Source: Candidatus Woesearchaeota archaeon (GTDB lineage Archaea > Nanobdellota > Nanobdellia > Woesearchaeales > WJKL01). From it: DNA of 64,000 bases. The translations under genes and the position numbers were made by a program. Shown piece after piece: positions 11,388-19,784 of this stretch; position 1 is the stretch's first letter; each line of letters opens with the position of its first letter. The DNA is taken from contig JAHWIR010000008.1 in assembly GCA_019322435.1 (NCBI GenBank), forward strand, positions 21,647 to 85,646, written 5' to 3'. The notes under the pieces were generated by a model, which was given only the letters and a program-made list of their open reading frames with translations, ran no database searches and was not told where the DNA came from.

Positions 11388-12327
11388 CCTCCTTTGCTGG
11401 CTGTTTTTTATTTCTTGTAGCAGCTATTATAGGGATATTGCCTCCGCTATCTAATAAGTTTCTTTCATTTTTTCTAAATTTAGATGATAAAAATTCGAAA
11501 ATAAGATTGACTATATGGATACCAGTAACATTATTTGAATCAAATGAAGAGTTATACTCTACAAAATCTATGCCTTTTACATCTCCCTTCTTTCCTAGGT
11601 CGCAAATCAACCTTCTCGCAATACTATAATCAATGCCTGCTGGTTCTGGATAATTTGTCGCTGGTGCAATACTTGGATCTAAAACATCTATATCAAAAGA
11701 TAAATAAATTGGTTCATTTTCTTTAATCTTATCTAATAATGAAGCTGGACCTTTATCTTTCAGCTCAGTAGATGTTATCACTGTATTTTGATCTTTAATG
11801 GAATCTTCAATCCCTGGACCTGTATTGAGATTTCCACGCAGACCACAATGAATTACCTTTTGTACATTAGGTAATTTACTAACATACCTCATTACAGAGC
11901 CATTTGGAAAATTAGGTTCATTAAGATAATCACTATGGGCATCTAATTGAACTACAGTAATCTCGTTTTCATATGCAGACACTGCTGGAAAAGTTATATA
12001 ATGATCTCCTCCTAAAATAAGAGGAAAGCTATTTGAATCTAATATCTTTTTAATTTCCTTCTTTATTGTTTCTTCAATGGGTCTTGAACTAACATCTATA
12101 TTTCCAGTATCATTAAAAGTGATTCCATCTAAGATATATCCTCTTTCAGGATTATACATTTTTATAGGCTGTGCATTACCGTCTATATTAGAATATCTTT
12201 CACTAAGTTTTCTTAATGCGTCTGGACTTTTTTCTAAATTGGATCCTATCCCTACCACAGATACTATCTCACTGCATTTAGACCTATCTTTTAGATATGG
12301 CTGATTCAAGAAAGTTGGCTTAATCAT
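11380..12327 (-). CDS. Arginase/agmatinase/formiminoglutamase-family ureohydrolase
   Basis: The binuclear-Mn motifs GGDHYITFP, DAHSD and SFDIDVLDPS are present. The start is assigned to the internal ATG (MIKPTFL), which has a GAGGT Shine-Dalgarno sequence 7 nt upstream. The ORF track extends instead to an upstream GTG at 12351. Confidence 0.8.
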   Translation of the reverse strand: MIKPTFLNQPYLKDRSKCSEIVSVVGIGSNLEKSPDALRKLSERYSNIDGNAQPIKMYNPERGYILDGITFNDTGNIDVSSRPIEETIKKEIKKILDSNSFPLILGGDHYITFPAVSAYENEITVVQLDAHSDYLNEPNFPNGSVMRYVSKLPNVQKVIHCGLRGNLNTGPGIEDSIKDQNTVITSTELKDKGPASLLDKIKENEPIYLSFDIDVLDPSIAPATNYPEPAGIDYSIARRLICDLGKKGDVKGIDFVEYNSSFDSNNVTGIHIVNLIFEFLSSKFRKNERNLLDSGGNIPIIAATRNKKQPAKEDD

Positions 12328-12343
12328 TTTTACCTCTGAAATT

Positions 12344-13453
12344 TTAATCACCCTCCCCTATTGATTGATTTTTGTTATCCGCAGTAGCTATTAAAACAAT
12401 TATATCGTCCTCTTTTTTGATATTTCCTAATTCCTCTAAAGAAGCGTAAACCGATCTTGAAGAAAATTCTAAGTCAGGAAGTTCTTGTTCATGAGTTGCT
12501 TCTATTTGCTGATCTGTAACAGAAACCGCCACTCCTTTTGTTTTACTTAAAATATCCATTATTTTAAAGAAATTAAAGCAGGTATCTGATGCAATTGCTT
12601 CAGCTTTAGATTCTATTGGGTTCTCAATCACTACAATATCCATCCTATTTTCGATAGTATAGCCTTGTGTAATTGGGTCTGCTCCTTGTATTTGGACTGT
12701 CACAAATTTTGGCATTTTATCAGTCAGACCCATGTCTACCAAATCATTAAACCCATAATATTGAGCAACAATATTGCCACCACTACCTACAGGGATAACA
12801 ACCAAATCTGGAATATCCTGCATTTGAAGGAATATTTCATAAGCAATGGTCTTAAGTCCTTGTGAATAAGGAAGATTAGTAACAGGAAAACCATTATAGA
12901 CTGAATCATCAGATCCACAGAATTCGAAAAAATGTTCATAACTTCTAATTAAGTCTTGATCATATATTACTTCAGATTGTTTTTCTAATTTTTCTTTTTT
13001 TGGTGTGGGGGTGTCTTCAGGAACAAATACTATTGACTCTAATCCTGCTTTGCTTGCATAATATCCTAGAGATATTGCTGCGTTTCCTGTTGAAGGGATT
13101 GCTATTCTATTTTTTCCTGAGCTTAAAGCGTCAGAAACAAGCATAACCATTCCTCTATCTTTAAAACTTTGGGTTGGATTTTTCCCCTCATCTTTTAAGT
13201 AAATACCTTCCCGTAATTTCAATAAGGGCGTGCTTCCTTCTTCATCAGTAATTTTATCTACTATATCAAAAGGGATGCAATTCTTAAATCTCTTAATACC
13301 TTTTTCATCTGAGGTTAATGATTGTGGCAAAGTGTATGATGGAGTCCAAATATTCATTGGAACGCCACCAATAGACAATTCTGGATGCTTGTGTTCATTA
13401 GGATTGTTTGCCCTAAAGCTACAAACATCACAAGATAGATAATCTATTTTCAT
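12344..13453 (-). CDS. Threonine-synthase-like PLP enzyme (fold-type II, Trp-synthase-beta superfamily)
   Basis: The hallmark KDEGKNPTQSFKDRG PLP-lysine motif is present, and the 369-aa protein carries N-terminal CDVC cysteines. Confidence 0.8.
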   Translation of the reverse strand: MKIDYLSCDVCSFRANNPNEHKHPELSIGGVPMNIWTPSYTLPQSLTSDEKGIKRFKNCIPFDIVDKITDEEGSTPLLKLREGIYLKDEGKNPTQSFKDRGMVMLVSDALSSGKNRIAIPSTGNAAISLGYYASKAGLESIVFVPEDTPTPKKEKLEKQSEVIYDQDLIRSYEHFFEFCGSDDSVYNGFPVTNLPYSQGLKTIAYEIFLQMQDIPDLVVIPVGSGGNIVAQYYGFNDLVDMGLTDKMPKFVTVQIQGADPITQGYTIENRMDIVVIENPIESKAEAIASDTCFNFFKIMDILSKTKGVAVSVTDQQIEATHEQELPDLEFSSRSVYASLEELGNIKKEDDIIVLIATADNKNQSIGEGD

Positions 13454-13454
13454 T

Positions 13455-14630
13455 TTATTCTCTTATTAAATCCATTATTCTTTGAGATATTCTTCTTGAA
13501 TCTTTAATTGTAATTGCTGAATTCCAAATCGGTGAGCAATATTCACATTCTTGTTCATCATACAAAATATTGGCATTGTAAGTTTTATTGAATTCTTTTA
13601 TTGCATTGATTATTCTTTCATTGCAATTAGCACAGTTTCCTGAAGTTGTATGTGGGAATAATTCATTTCTTTCAATTCCTGGAGCAACTCCCTGGCTTCC
13701 GCTTAATATTTCTTCATCAAAATAACCACCAAGTCTTAAGTCTCTACCTGCTCCTAATTCCTTAGTTACTCCTCTAACAACTTCTATAACGCTCCACAAC
13801 CAAGGAACCCTATATGATCCTATTTGATATAGATAATCTGCGAGTGAATGTGCTTGTAAAGAAGTTGGCTCAATAGATACTGCATCAGAGCCATTATTGA
13901 AAGCGAATATTGAGGTTTCTACAGCATCATCTATTGCTTCTTTTTCAGTTAAAAAAGGCGGTTTTTGATTTACATAAGTTAAGGCCCTGAAATCATAGTC
14001 GTGCAGTGTTCTAATTGCTTCTAGATAAACATCTAAATTAGGCATATTTTTATGATGACATAGCTCTCTTATATCCGGGTTAGTAGATTCGAGTCCAATG
14101 CCTACTTCAATCAGACCTTTATTCACGCTTTTTATGTTCTCAATAACTTCTGGAGTTACATATTCTGCTCTAGATTCTATGATTGTTTTTTTAATTCCTA
14201 GCAAGGAGTCAATTGAAGAAAATATTTCTTTCATTGCTTCAATTGGAACCTCTTCTGGATTAAGAAAACTTCCCAGATTATATAAGCAAAGAACAGGATA
14301 ATCGTTAATGTCAAAATCAAGATTCCTTTCTATTGAGCTTCCATCAATTACGCTTTTCCATTGAGTAATATACTCTTCTGTAGTTACTGGGGTATCTGTT
14401 GTTCCTTCATAATGCCCGCATGTTGAGCAGCCTTGATTTAATCCATAATGACTGCATCCTGTGGATCTTAGAACAACCATAATCCTATCTATTGTTTTGT
14501 TCTCAAACCAAAATTTATTTATCTCAACTTCGGCAGGTTTGTTATGATCATATTTTCTAGGGGGTGATTGTTTTCTTAATTCTTTTAGCTTTTTTTCCAC
14601 AAGCTCCAAAGCTGTCTTGAATTCATCCAT
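13455..14630 (-). CDS. Fe-S / radical-SAM-like protein with atypical cysteine triad
   Basis: The protein has CSHYGLNQGCSTCGH (CX8CX2C, not the canonical CX3CX2C) near the N-terminus of a TIM-barrel-like region. It also has a C-terminal CANC...CEYC cluster. The assignment is tentative. Confidence 0.4.
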   Translation of the reverse strand: MDEFKTALELVEKKLKELRKQSPPRKYDHNKPAEVEINKFWFENKTIDRIMVVLRSTGCSHYGLNQGCSTCGHYEGTTDTPVTTEEYITQWKSVIDGSSIERNLDFDINDYPVLCLYNLGSFLNPEEVPIEAMKEIFSSIDSLLGIKKTIIESRAEYVTPEVIENIKSVNKGLIEVGIGLESTNPDIRELCHHKNMPNLDVYLEAIRTLHDYDFRALTYVNQKPPFLTEKEAIDDAVETSIFAFNNGSDAVSIEPTSLQAHSLADYLYQIGSYRVPWLWSVIEVVRGVTKELGAGRDLRLGGYFDEEILSGSQGVAPGIERNELFPHTTSGNCANCNERIINAIKEFNKTYNANILYDEQECEYCSPIWNSAITIKDSRRISQRIMDLIRE

Positions 14631-16008
14631 CCTGATCTCCTTGTATTCTGTTTAATAGAGAGATTATGGGCCTATATTTGTCTCCTGTATCTATTGGTGT
14701 TTCTTTAACCAAATGAACATTGACTTCCATATCTCTTGGGATTAATTGATATAGGCTTTCTTTTATTCTCCCTTTTTGAGCAGGACTTAGACCAAATCTA
14801 CCTTTAACTATAAATAAATCTAAGTCTCCTTTTGTATTTTGAACAAGCTGGTATTTCAACCCATGAATAGGAACATCTAATTCCAAATACCAATTATAAG
14901 CCACATCCATAAAACTGCCCGCAGGTATTATTTCTTTATCATTTACAACAATGGAATCCATATATCTCCCTTGAGGAGAATCTATAACCCTAAAATTACT
15001 TCCACAATCGCAGTTATTTGTTCTTTGTATAGATCCAATGTCTCCTTGTGAATAACGTATAATTGGCGTGGCTTCGTTTAGCAAATTTGTACCTATAACA
15101 AGGCCTCTTTTTCCATTTTCTACTACATTTGTTGTTTCTGGATCAACAACTTCAACATAACAAGCGTCTTCTTCCAAGTGATACTTTCTACTTGTACATT
15201 CAAGAGCGATTCTTGTGAGCTCTTCACTACTGAACTCATCCAGTACATTAACCTTAAAGAAATCAGAAAGTTCTTTTCTTTCAGCTTCTGTTGACTGTTC
15301 TGAATGTATAACAATCAGTTCAACCCCTGAATTTTCAAGATTACATCTTCTTCCCATGATTCTTTTCAAATAAGTGGGATAAGTGGATAGCACCTTGGGT
15401 CTTAATTTTTCTATTGTCTTAACAGCTTCCTCGACAGGGATAGTGGTGGGGGAAAATTCTGTAGGATATTCCCCATCAATTGAAGATACCCACCAAGGAC
15501 TTGTATAGATAAACAGAGCTAAATCTGTTGGATTATAATTGCCACCACTTTGAAAATAGAATTGCCTTGCTCCTTGAAGTGTGTCCATGTAAATAGCCTC
15601 AGAAGATACAGCAATAGTAACAAATTTTCCGGTTGATCCTGAACTTCTTGTAGTAAATTCTGTGCTGTGTTTTTTACTGATTGTTTTTTCAGGGAACCCG
15701 CTTATCAGTTCCTCCTTGGTCAATATAGGCAGTTTTTGAAAATCTTTCCATGTCTTAATGTCTTCTGGTTCAAAACCAACAGAAGAATATTTTTCTTTGT
15801 AAAGATCAACTGTCTCAAAAGCATGTTTAACTAATTCCTGGATTCTTTTAAATTGGAGATCTTTAATTTTCTCTAATGGTTGCTTATAGAAATCTCTTAT
15901 TTTTTCCCATCTAAGATTCATTATTCTTCGAAGTTGGGCATGGTCTCTTTCAGTTTCTTTTCTCTTATTGCTTGTTCCTAAATTTAAGTAGATTGATTCA
16001 CTAGTCAT
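14623..16008 (-). CDS. Adenylate-forming enzyme, phenylacetate-CoA ligase (PaaK)/coenzyme F390 synthetase/CapK family
   Basis: The P-loop-like SSGSTGKFVTIA matches the TSGSTGKP AMP-binding motif. The 461-aa length and overall pattern fit the family. Confidence 0.75.
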   Translation of the reverse strand: MTSESIYLNLGTSNKRKETERDHAQLRRIMNLRWEKIRDFYKQPLEKIKDLQFKRIQELVKHAFETVDLYKEKYSSVGFEPEDIKTWKDFQKLPILTKEELISGFPEKTISKKHSTEFTTRSSGSTGKFVTIAVSSEAIYMDTLQGARQFYFQSGGNYNPTDLALFIYTSPWWVSSIDGEYPTEFSPTTIPVEEAVKTIEKLRPKVLSTYPTYLKRIMGRRCNLENSGVELIVIHSEQSTEAERKELSDFFKVNVLDEFSSEELTRIALECTSRKYHLEEDACYVEVVDPETTNVVENGKRGLVIGTNLLNEATPIIRYSQGDIGSIQRTNNCDCGSNFRVIDSPQGRYMDSIVVNDKEIIPAGSFMDVAYNWYLELDVPIHGLKYQLVQNTKGDLDLFIVKGRFGLSPAQKGRIKESLYQLIPRDMEVNVHLVKETPIDTGDKYRPIISLLNRIQGDQDG

Positions 16009-16925
16009 TTTAGATTCACTTTATCTCCATCATTAAGCACATAATCCCTCCCAACCATTTCTCCGTCATGGGTTGTTGAACTTCCAAAGATTTTAGCACC
16101 TTTAATTTTGTCTTTACCTAGACCTATTTTTTTTGCAAAATCTCCTACTGTTACTTCTTGGTTTCTGGGAAATATTAAAGGATCGCCATCTACCTGGCCA
16201 TTTTTGAAACAGTATACCCTCCTGATATTTAGTAATCTATATATTTCATCTCCGATGTCAGTAGGAGAAGATATGTCCACTACATTATATTCTTCATAAT
16301 CAAATTTAGACCATGCAGCCACAAAAGAGGGTTTTTCTATGATATCCTCTTTTGATCTGTATTTATGCTTCTTAGACTCAGAAACATTTCCGGAGATTAT
16401 TATAAGATAATCTTCAAGAGTAGAGATAACAGAACTCAGCTCTTTTTTATCTCTTACAGCAACACAAATAACATCGGAATTTCTTATGAACTGAATTTTA
16501 TTTTTATCATTATCTCCCCCATATAAAGAAGGCACTTCTGCTATTTGTATAGGAACGTCGTTGTATACAAAAATGCCTGCTTCTGGTTTGTATGTAGTAA
16601 AAGGTGCATCAGATATCTTTGGATTTGAATTTGTCAGCATTTGCATTAAGGTACTTTTACCAGAATTTGCTTCACCTACAATTGCAACTTGCCTGTTATA
16701 TTTTATTGAACTGTAAATATTTTGGGGTGGTTGTTTTTTCTTAGAAGATGTTTTCTTTTTTAAGACATCTAATTCTTTTTTGAATTTTGTTCTCAATTCT
16801 AAGTCTCTGGAATCTTTTGGGTTAAGTACGACTAATTCTTCTAATAATCTTATTCTTTCTTGTTCTGTGCTTACATGATTGAGTTTTTGTTTTTTTAGTC
16901 TAAATGCTATATTCTGGTTTTTCAT
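16005..16925 (-). CDS. Divergent Obg/DRG-family GTPase with C-terminal TGS domain
   Basis: G1 is IVGEANSGKSTL and G2 is DAPFTT. The G3 position reads IAEVPSL, a degenerate form of DxxG. The C-terminus (TVGDFAKKIGLG...DGDKVNL) resembles a TGS domain. Confidence 0.65.
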   Translation of the reverse strand: MKNQNIAFRLKKQKLNHVSTEQERIRLLEELVVLNPKDSRDLELRTKFKKELDVLKKKTSSKKKQPPQNIYSSIKYNRQVAIVGEANSGKSTLMQMLTNSNPKISDAPFTTYKPEAGIFVYNDVPIQIAEVPSLYGGDNDKNKIQFIRNSDVICVAVRDKKELSSVISTLEDYLIIISGNVSESKKHKYRSKEDIIEKPSFVAAWSKFDYEEYNVVDISSPTDIGDEIYRLLNIRRVYCFKNGQVDGDPLIFPRNQEVTVGDFAKKIGLGKDKIKGAKIFGSSTTHDGEMVGRDYVLNDGDKVNLK

Positions 16926-16961
16926 ATTAATGCACCATGTTACCCCCGAGAATAATAAGAT

Positions 16962-16982
16962 AATGTACTTTAAAAACCTTCG
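16962..16982 (-). promoter_or_regulatory. Candidate archaeal TATA/BRE promoter element for the minus-strand enzyme operon
   Basis: The minus strand reads AAGGTTTTTAAAGTACATTA about 45 nt upstream of the GTPase ATG. Its T/A-rich box fits the TTTAWA consensus. Confidence 0.3.
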
Positions 16983-16987
16983 TCAAA

Positions 16988-17719
16988 TTACTCAGCCATC
17001 TTCCACAGCATCTCGAAAAAAGCTCTGTAACTATCTGCTACTTCTTTTGATGTTATCAAGAAGACTATTGGGAGTTTTTTAAGGACTAGGATTCCAACGT
17101 GATTTGCATAGATGTCGACTGCTGCTGGTGTTTTCATGTTTTTTGGCATGTATTTTACTTTTGTTAATGGCAAGCTGGAATAGAATTTTCCTGTGGTTTT
17201 TGCATCTGCATTGAAGATCATTCTCATTTTTATGCCTTTTTTGATTCTTCTTCTTGTGTATTGCTTGAAATAAGTCTTTGCCATGAAGGATTCATCCTGG
17301 CCTCTGGCTCCAAACACCAAAATTTCATCTCCTTTTTTTAGTGTTGCAACAATATTATCATAAACATTCCTTACTCCTTTGTAGCCTTCGTAGGTTGTTG
17401 CTTTTTCTTCTGGAAGATGCTCTTTTTCAATTGCTTTTAATCTTGGGATTATTTCCTGGATCTCTCTTTTTTCTTGTTCTAAGAGATTTAAAAGAGTATT
17501 TGGGTCTGCTGCTGAGAAATGTTTTCTGTTTGCTTTTAGATGGAAACTTACCAGTCCTTTTTCTATCAGTTTGTTCAAGGATTCGTATACTCTTGATGTA
17601 TGCAAGCCAGATTTGTGAGTTAGGGGGCCTGTTGTTGTGGTGCCTAATTCTAGCAAAGAAAGATAAATTATTATCTCATTCTTTGTAAGGCCTAGTTTTT
17701 CAAGTATTGGCTGCTCCAT
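16988..17719 (-). CDS. TrmB-family transcriptional regulator (wHTH + C-terminal effector domain)
   Basis: The N-terminal LTKNEIIIYLSLLELGTTTTGPLTHKSGLHTSRVYESLNKLIEKGLV segment is a TrmB-type HTH. The 243-aa length matches the family. Confidence 0.75.
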   Translation of the reverse strand: MEQPILEKLGLTKNEIIIYLSLLELGTTTTGPLTHKSGLHTSRVYESLNKLIEKGLVSFHLKANRKHFSAADPNTLLNLLEQEKREIQEIIPRLKAIEKEHLPEEKATTYEGYKGVRNVYDNIVATLKKGDEILVFGARGQDESFMAKTYFKQYTRRRIKKGIKMRMIFNADAKTTGKFYSSLPLTKVKYMPKNMKTPAAVDIYANHVGILVLKKLPIVFLITSKEVADSYRAFFEMLWKMAE

Positions 17720-17805
17720 AGCAAATATTAATGTTTGTAACTATATAAACTTTCTCCTTTTTAGGAGGAATATTATTTAAGCTAAACACTTCCCATCTAT
17801 ACTGT

Positions 17806-17937
17806 ATGAAGAAATGCCCATTATGCGGAAGGATTTTTGTTGGAGATTTTGATGCCAGCTGCATCGATTGCGGACATGACAATGGCTTAAAAATAAGCCA
17901 TCGAGCACATTTTATCCAAAACGATAAAATGTTTTAA
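17806..17937 (+). CDS. Possible small zinc-ribbon protein (43 aa)
   Basis: The ORF encodes MKKCPLCGRIFVGDFDASCIDCGHDNG..., with two CxxC pairs. It is below the ORF-track size cut-off and lies in the intergenic region between divergent genes. Confidence 0.2.
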   Translation: MKKCPLCGRIFVGDFDASCIDCGHDNGLKISHRAHFIQNDKMF

Positions 17938-18036
17938 ACTTTCACAATAATTTGAGCGGATTTTTTTTGGTTAGGGCTCAGGGCTTGATTTCTGTAAGGT
18001 TTAAATATAGCTAAATATTATTGGAGGTAGATTAAG

Positions 18037-19002
18037 ATGGTTAAAAAGATTTTTTTTAAAGACCCTATCAGAGGGAATCAAGTTGTAAGCGGAAAGCGAT
18101 TGATTTCTGCTAGTAGAAATCTAGTAGACAGAATTTTAGATCTTGAATCTGATGAAGCATTAGTTATTCAAAGAGACAGAGATATTATTCCAGGTGAGTA
18201 TTCTGACTCAAAGAAGTTTATGAAACACGGCAAAGAAGTCAAGCCGAAGAGAACATATACTTTAAGAGAGATGGTAAAGCAGAGAAAGATTCCTGTTAAA
18301 ATAAGGGAAGAGGCATTTGAAACTATTAAAAATCCATATTTCTGCGGATATTCTTTTGTTCCAGCAGGAAGAGACAAAGTAAAGAGAAAAGTAAGCCTTG
18401 TTGCTTGTTTAGAAGGAAACAGGATATACTGCTATGCGCACCAGGTTAGATTCACTGGGATTGACGTAGGACAATATGATGATGCAAGAAGAGTAGAGAT
18501 AGAAGGGGCTACTGTTCCTGTAAGGGTTCCTTCAAGAACAAAAGGCCAGAGAAAACATGAATTTAATTTAAATTCTGTTGCAATAGAGGATACTCCAGAC
18601 AAGTATTCTATTGCTTATGAAATTGAATCTGAAGGGCATCTTTGCAAGCATAAGCAATACATGTTCAGGTATAGGCCAAAGAGGGGCCATGAAAAATCTA
18701 AGATTATAAATATATGCCCTCATGAGATTGCAGCTTATATGGAAGCTGTTGACATGTACTGGAATGAAGACAAGAATATTATTCCTCTGCAGATGTCCCA
18801 GTTTGTTGTTCCGACACAATTCTTTGTTGACCAGTATAAGAAGATCTGCAGGCAGATTGCGTTTGAGAAAGACGGCAATTTAAAGGTTCCAAACTTTGCT
18901 CAAAAGGAGATTTTGCTGTGGGCAATTGTTCAAAGAGAAGGACATGATAAAACCTGCTTTGCTTCAGAAGGAACAAAAGTTAGAAGATATAATTGGTCTT
19001 AA
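18037..19002 (+). CDS. Hypothetical protein (321 aa), no recognisable family
   Basis: It is a long ORF with coding-like composition and a T-rich tract downstream. Confidence 0.5.
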   Translation: MVKKIFFKDPIRGNQVVSGKRLISASRNLVDRILDLESDEALVIQRDRDIIPGEYSDSKKFMKHGKEVKPKRTYTLREMVKQRKIPVKIREEAFETIKNPYFCGYSFVPAGRDKVKRKVSLVACLEGNRIYCYAHQVRFTGIDVGQYDDARRVEIEGATVPVRVPSRTKGQRKHEFNLNSVAIEDTPDKYSIAYEIESEGHLCKHKQYMFRYRPKRGHEKSKIINICPHEIAAYMEAVDMYWNEDKNIIPLQMSQFVVPTQFFVDQYKKICRQIAFEKDGNLKVPNFAQKEILLWAIVQREGHDKTCFASEGTKVRRYNWS

Positions 19003-19043
19003 TTACGAAGCTTTTTTAAACCGCTTTTTCTTTCTTTTTTCTT

Positions 19044-19688
19044 ATGGAGATGCTGTTTATTGAAGCCAAGAGCAAAGCTGATGTTAAGAAAGCTGTAGAG
19101 AAAGCTATGAAGTACTTACCCAAGAAAGTTGGAATAGTGACAACTGCTCAGCACAAGCATAAATTAAAAGAAGTTAAGAAGATATTAGAGGAAAAAGGAA
19201 TCAAAGCTGAGATTGGTGGACAAGTGTTGGGCTGCGATGCTTCTGCTGCTAAAAAGATAAAAGCAGATGTTATTTTATATGTTGGATCAGGAAGATTCCA
19301 TCCAATTGAAGTGCAGTTAGAGACAGGGAAAAAGGTTGTTATGGCAAATCCTTTGACAAATGAAGCAAAAGTGCTGGAGAAAGAGGAAGTTGAGAAATTA
19401 AAAAAACAGCAAAAAGGTGCTTTGATGAAGTTTTTGTCTTCTGATAATATAGGGATAATAGTCAGTACAAAGCCTGGGCAGGAAAAATTGAAAAAAGCAA
19501 TGGAATTAAAGAAAAGATTAAAAGATAAGAACTGCTATATATTCTTGGCTGACACTATAAACCCTGCTGAGTTTGAGAATTTTCCTTTTATCGAGTGCTG
19601 GGTCAATACTGCATGTCCGAGATTTGCAGATGGTAAAAAAGGTGTTGTGAATTATGGGATTGTGGAAAAAACTGTCAAAAAAGGCTAA
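19044..19688 (+). CDS. Dph2-like protein (2-(3-amino-3-carboxypropyl)histidine synthase family), unusually short
   Basis: VGSGRFHPIE resembles the GDGRFH motif of Dph1/Dph2. Several conserved Cys are present (GCDASAA, CWVNTACPR). The protein is only 214 aa, against about 330 aa for typical archaeal Dph2. Confidence 0.45.
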   Translation: MEMLFIEAKSKADVKKAVEKAMKYLPKKVGIVTTAQHKHKLKEVKKILEEKGIKAEIGGQVLGCDASAAKKIKADVILYVGSGRFHPIEVQLETGKKVVMANPLTNEAKVLEKEEVEKLKKQQKGALMKFLSSDNIGIIVSTKPGQEKLKKAMELKKRLKDKNCYIFLADTINPAEFENFPFIECWVNTACPRFADGKKGVVNYGIVEKTVKKG

Positions 19689-19784
19689 GAAGCCTATTGA
19701 ATGGATTGAGATAAAGATTCCTAAGTTTAGGATTCCTGGAATGAAGAACTGGGAGAAGGAAGACGAGAAGCAGAAGGAGGAAGA

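Noticed and set aside
12344-13453. Calling the ThrC-like gene a bona fide threonine synthase (thrC)
   Set aside because: The PLP motif fits the ThrC family. However, family members such as cysteate synthase and ThrC paralogues cannot be told apart by eye, and the operon context is atypical. It is left as ThrC-like.
17341-17688. 115-aa Leu-rich ORF
   Set aside because: It is antisense to the well-supported TrmB regulator gene.
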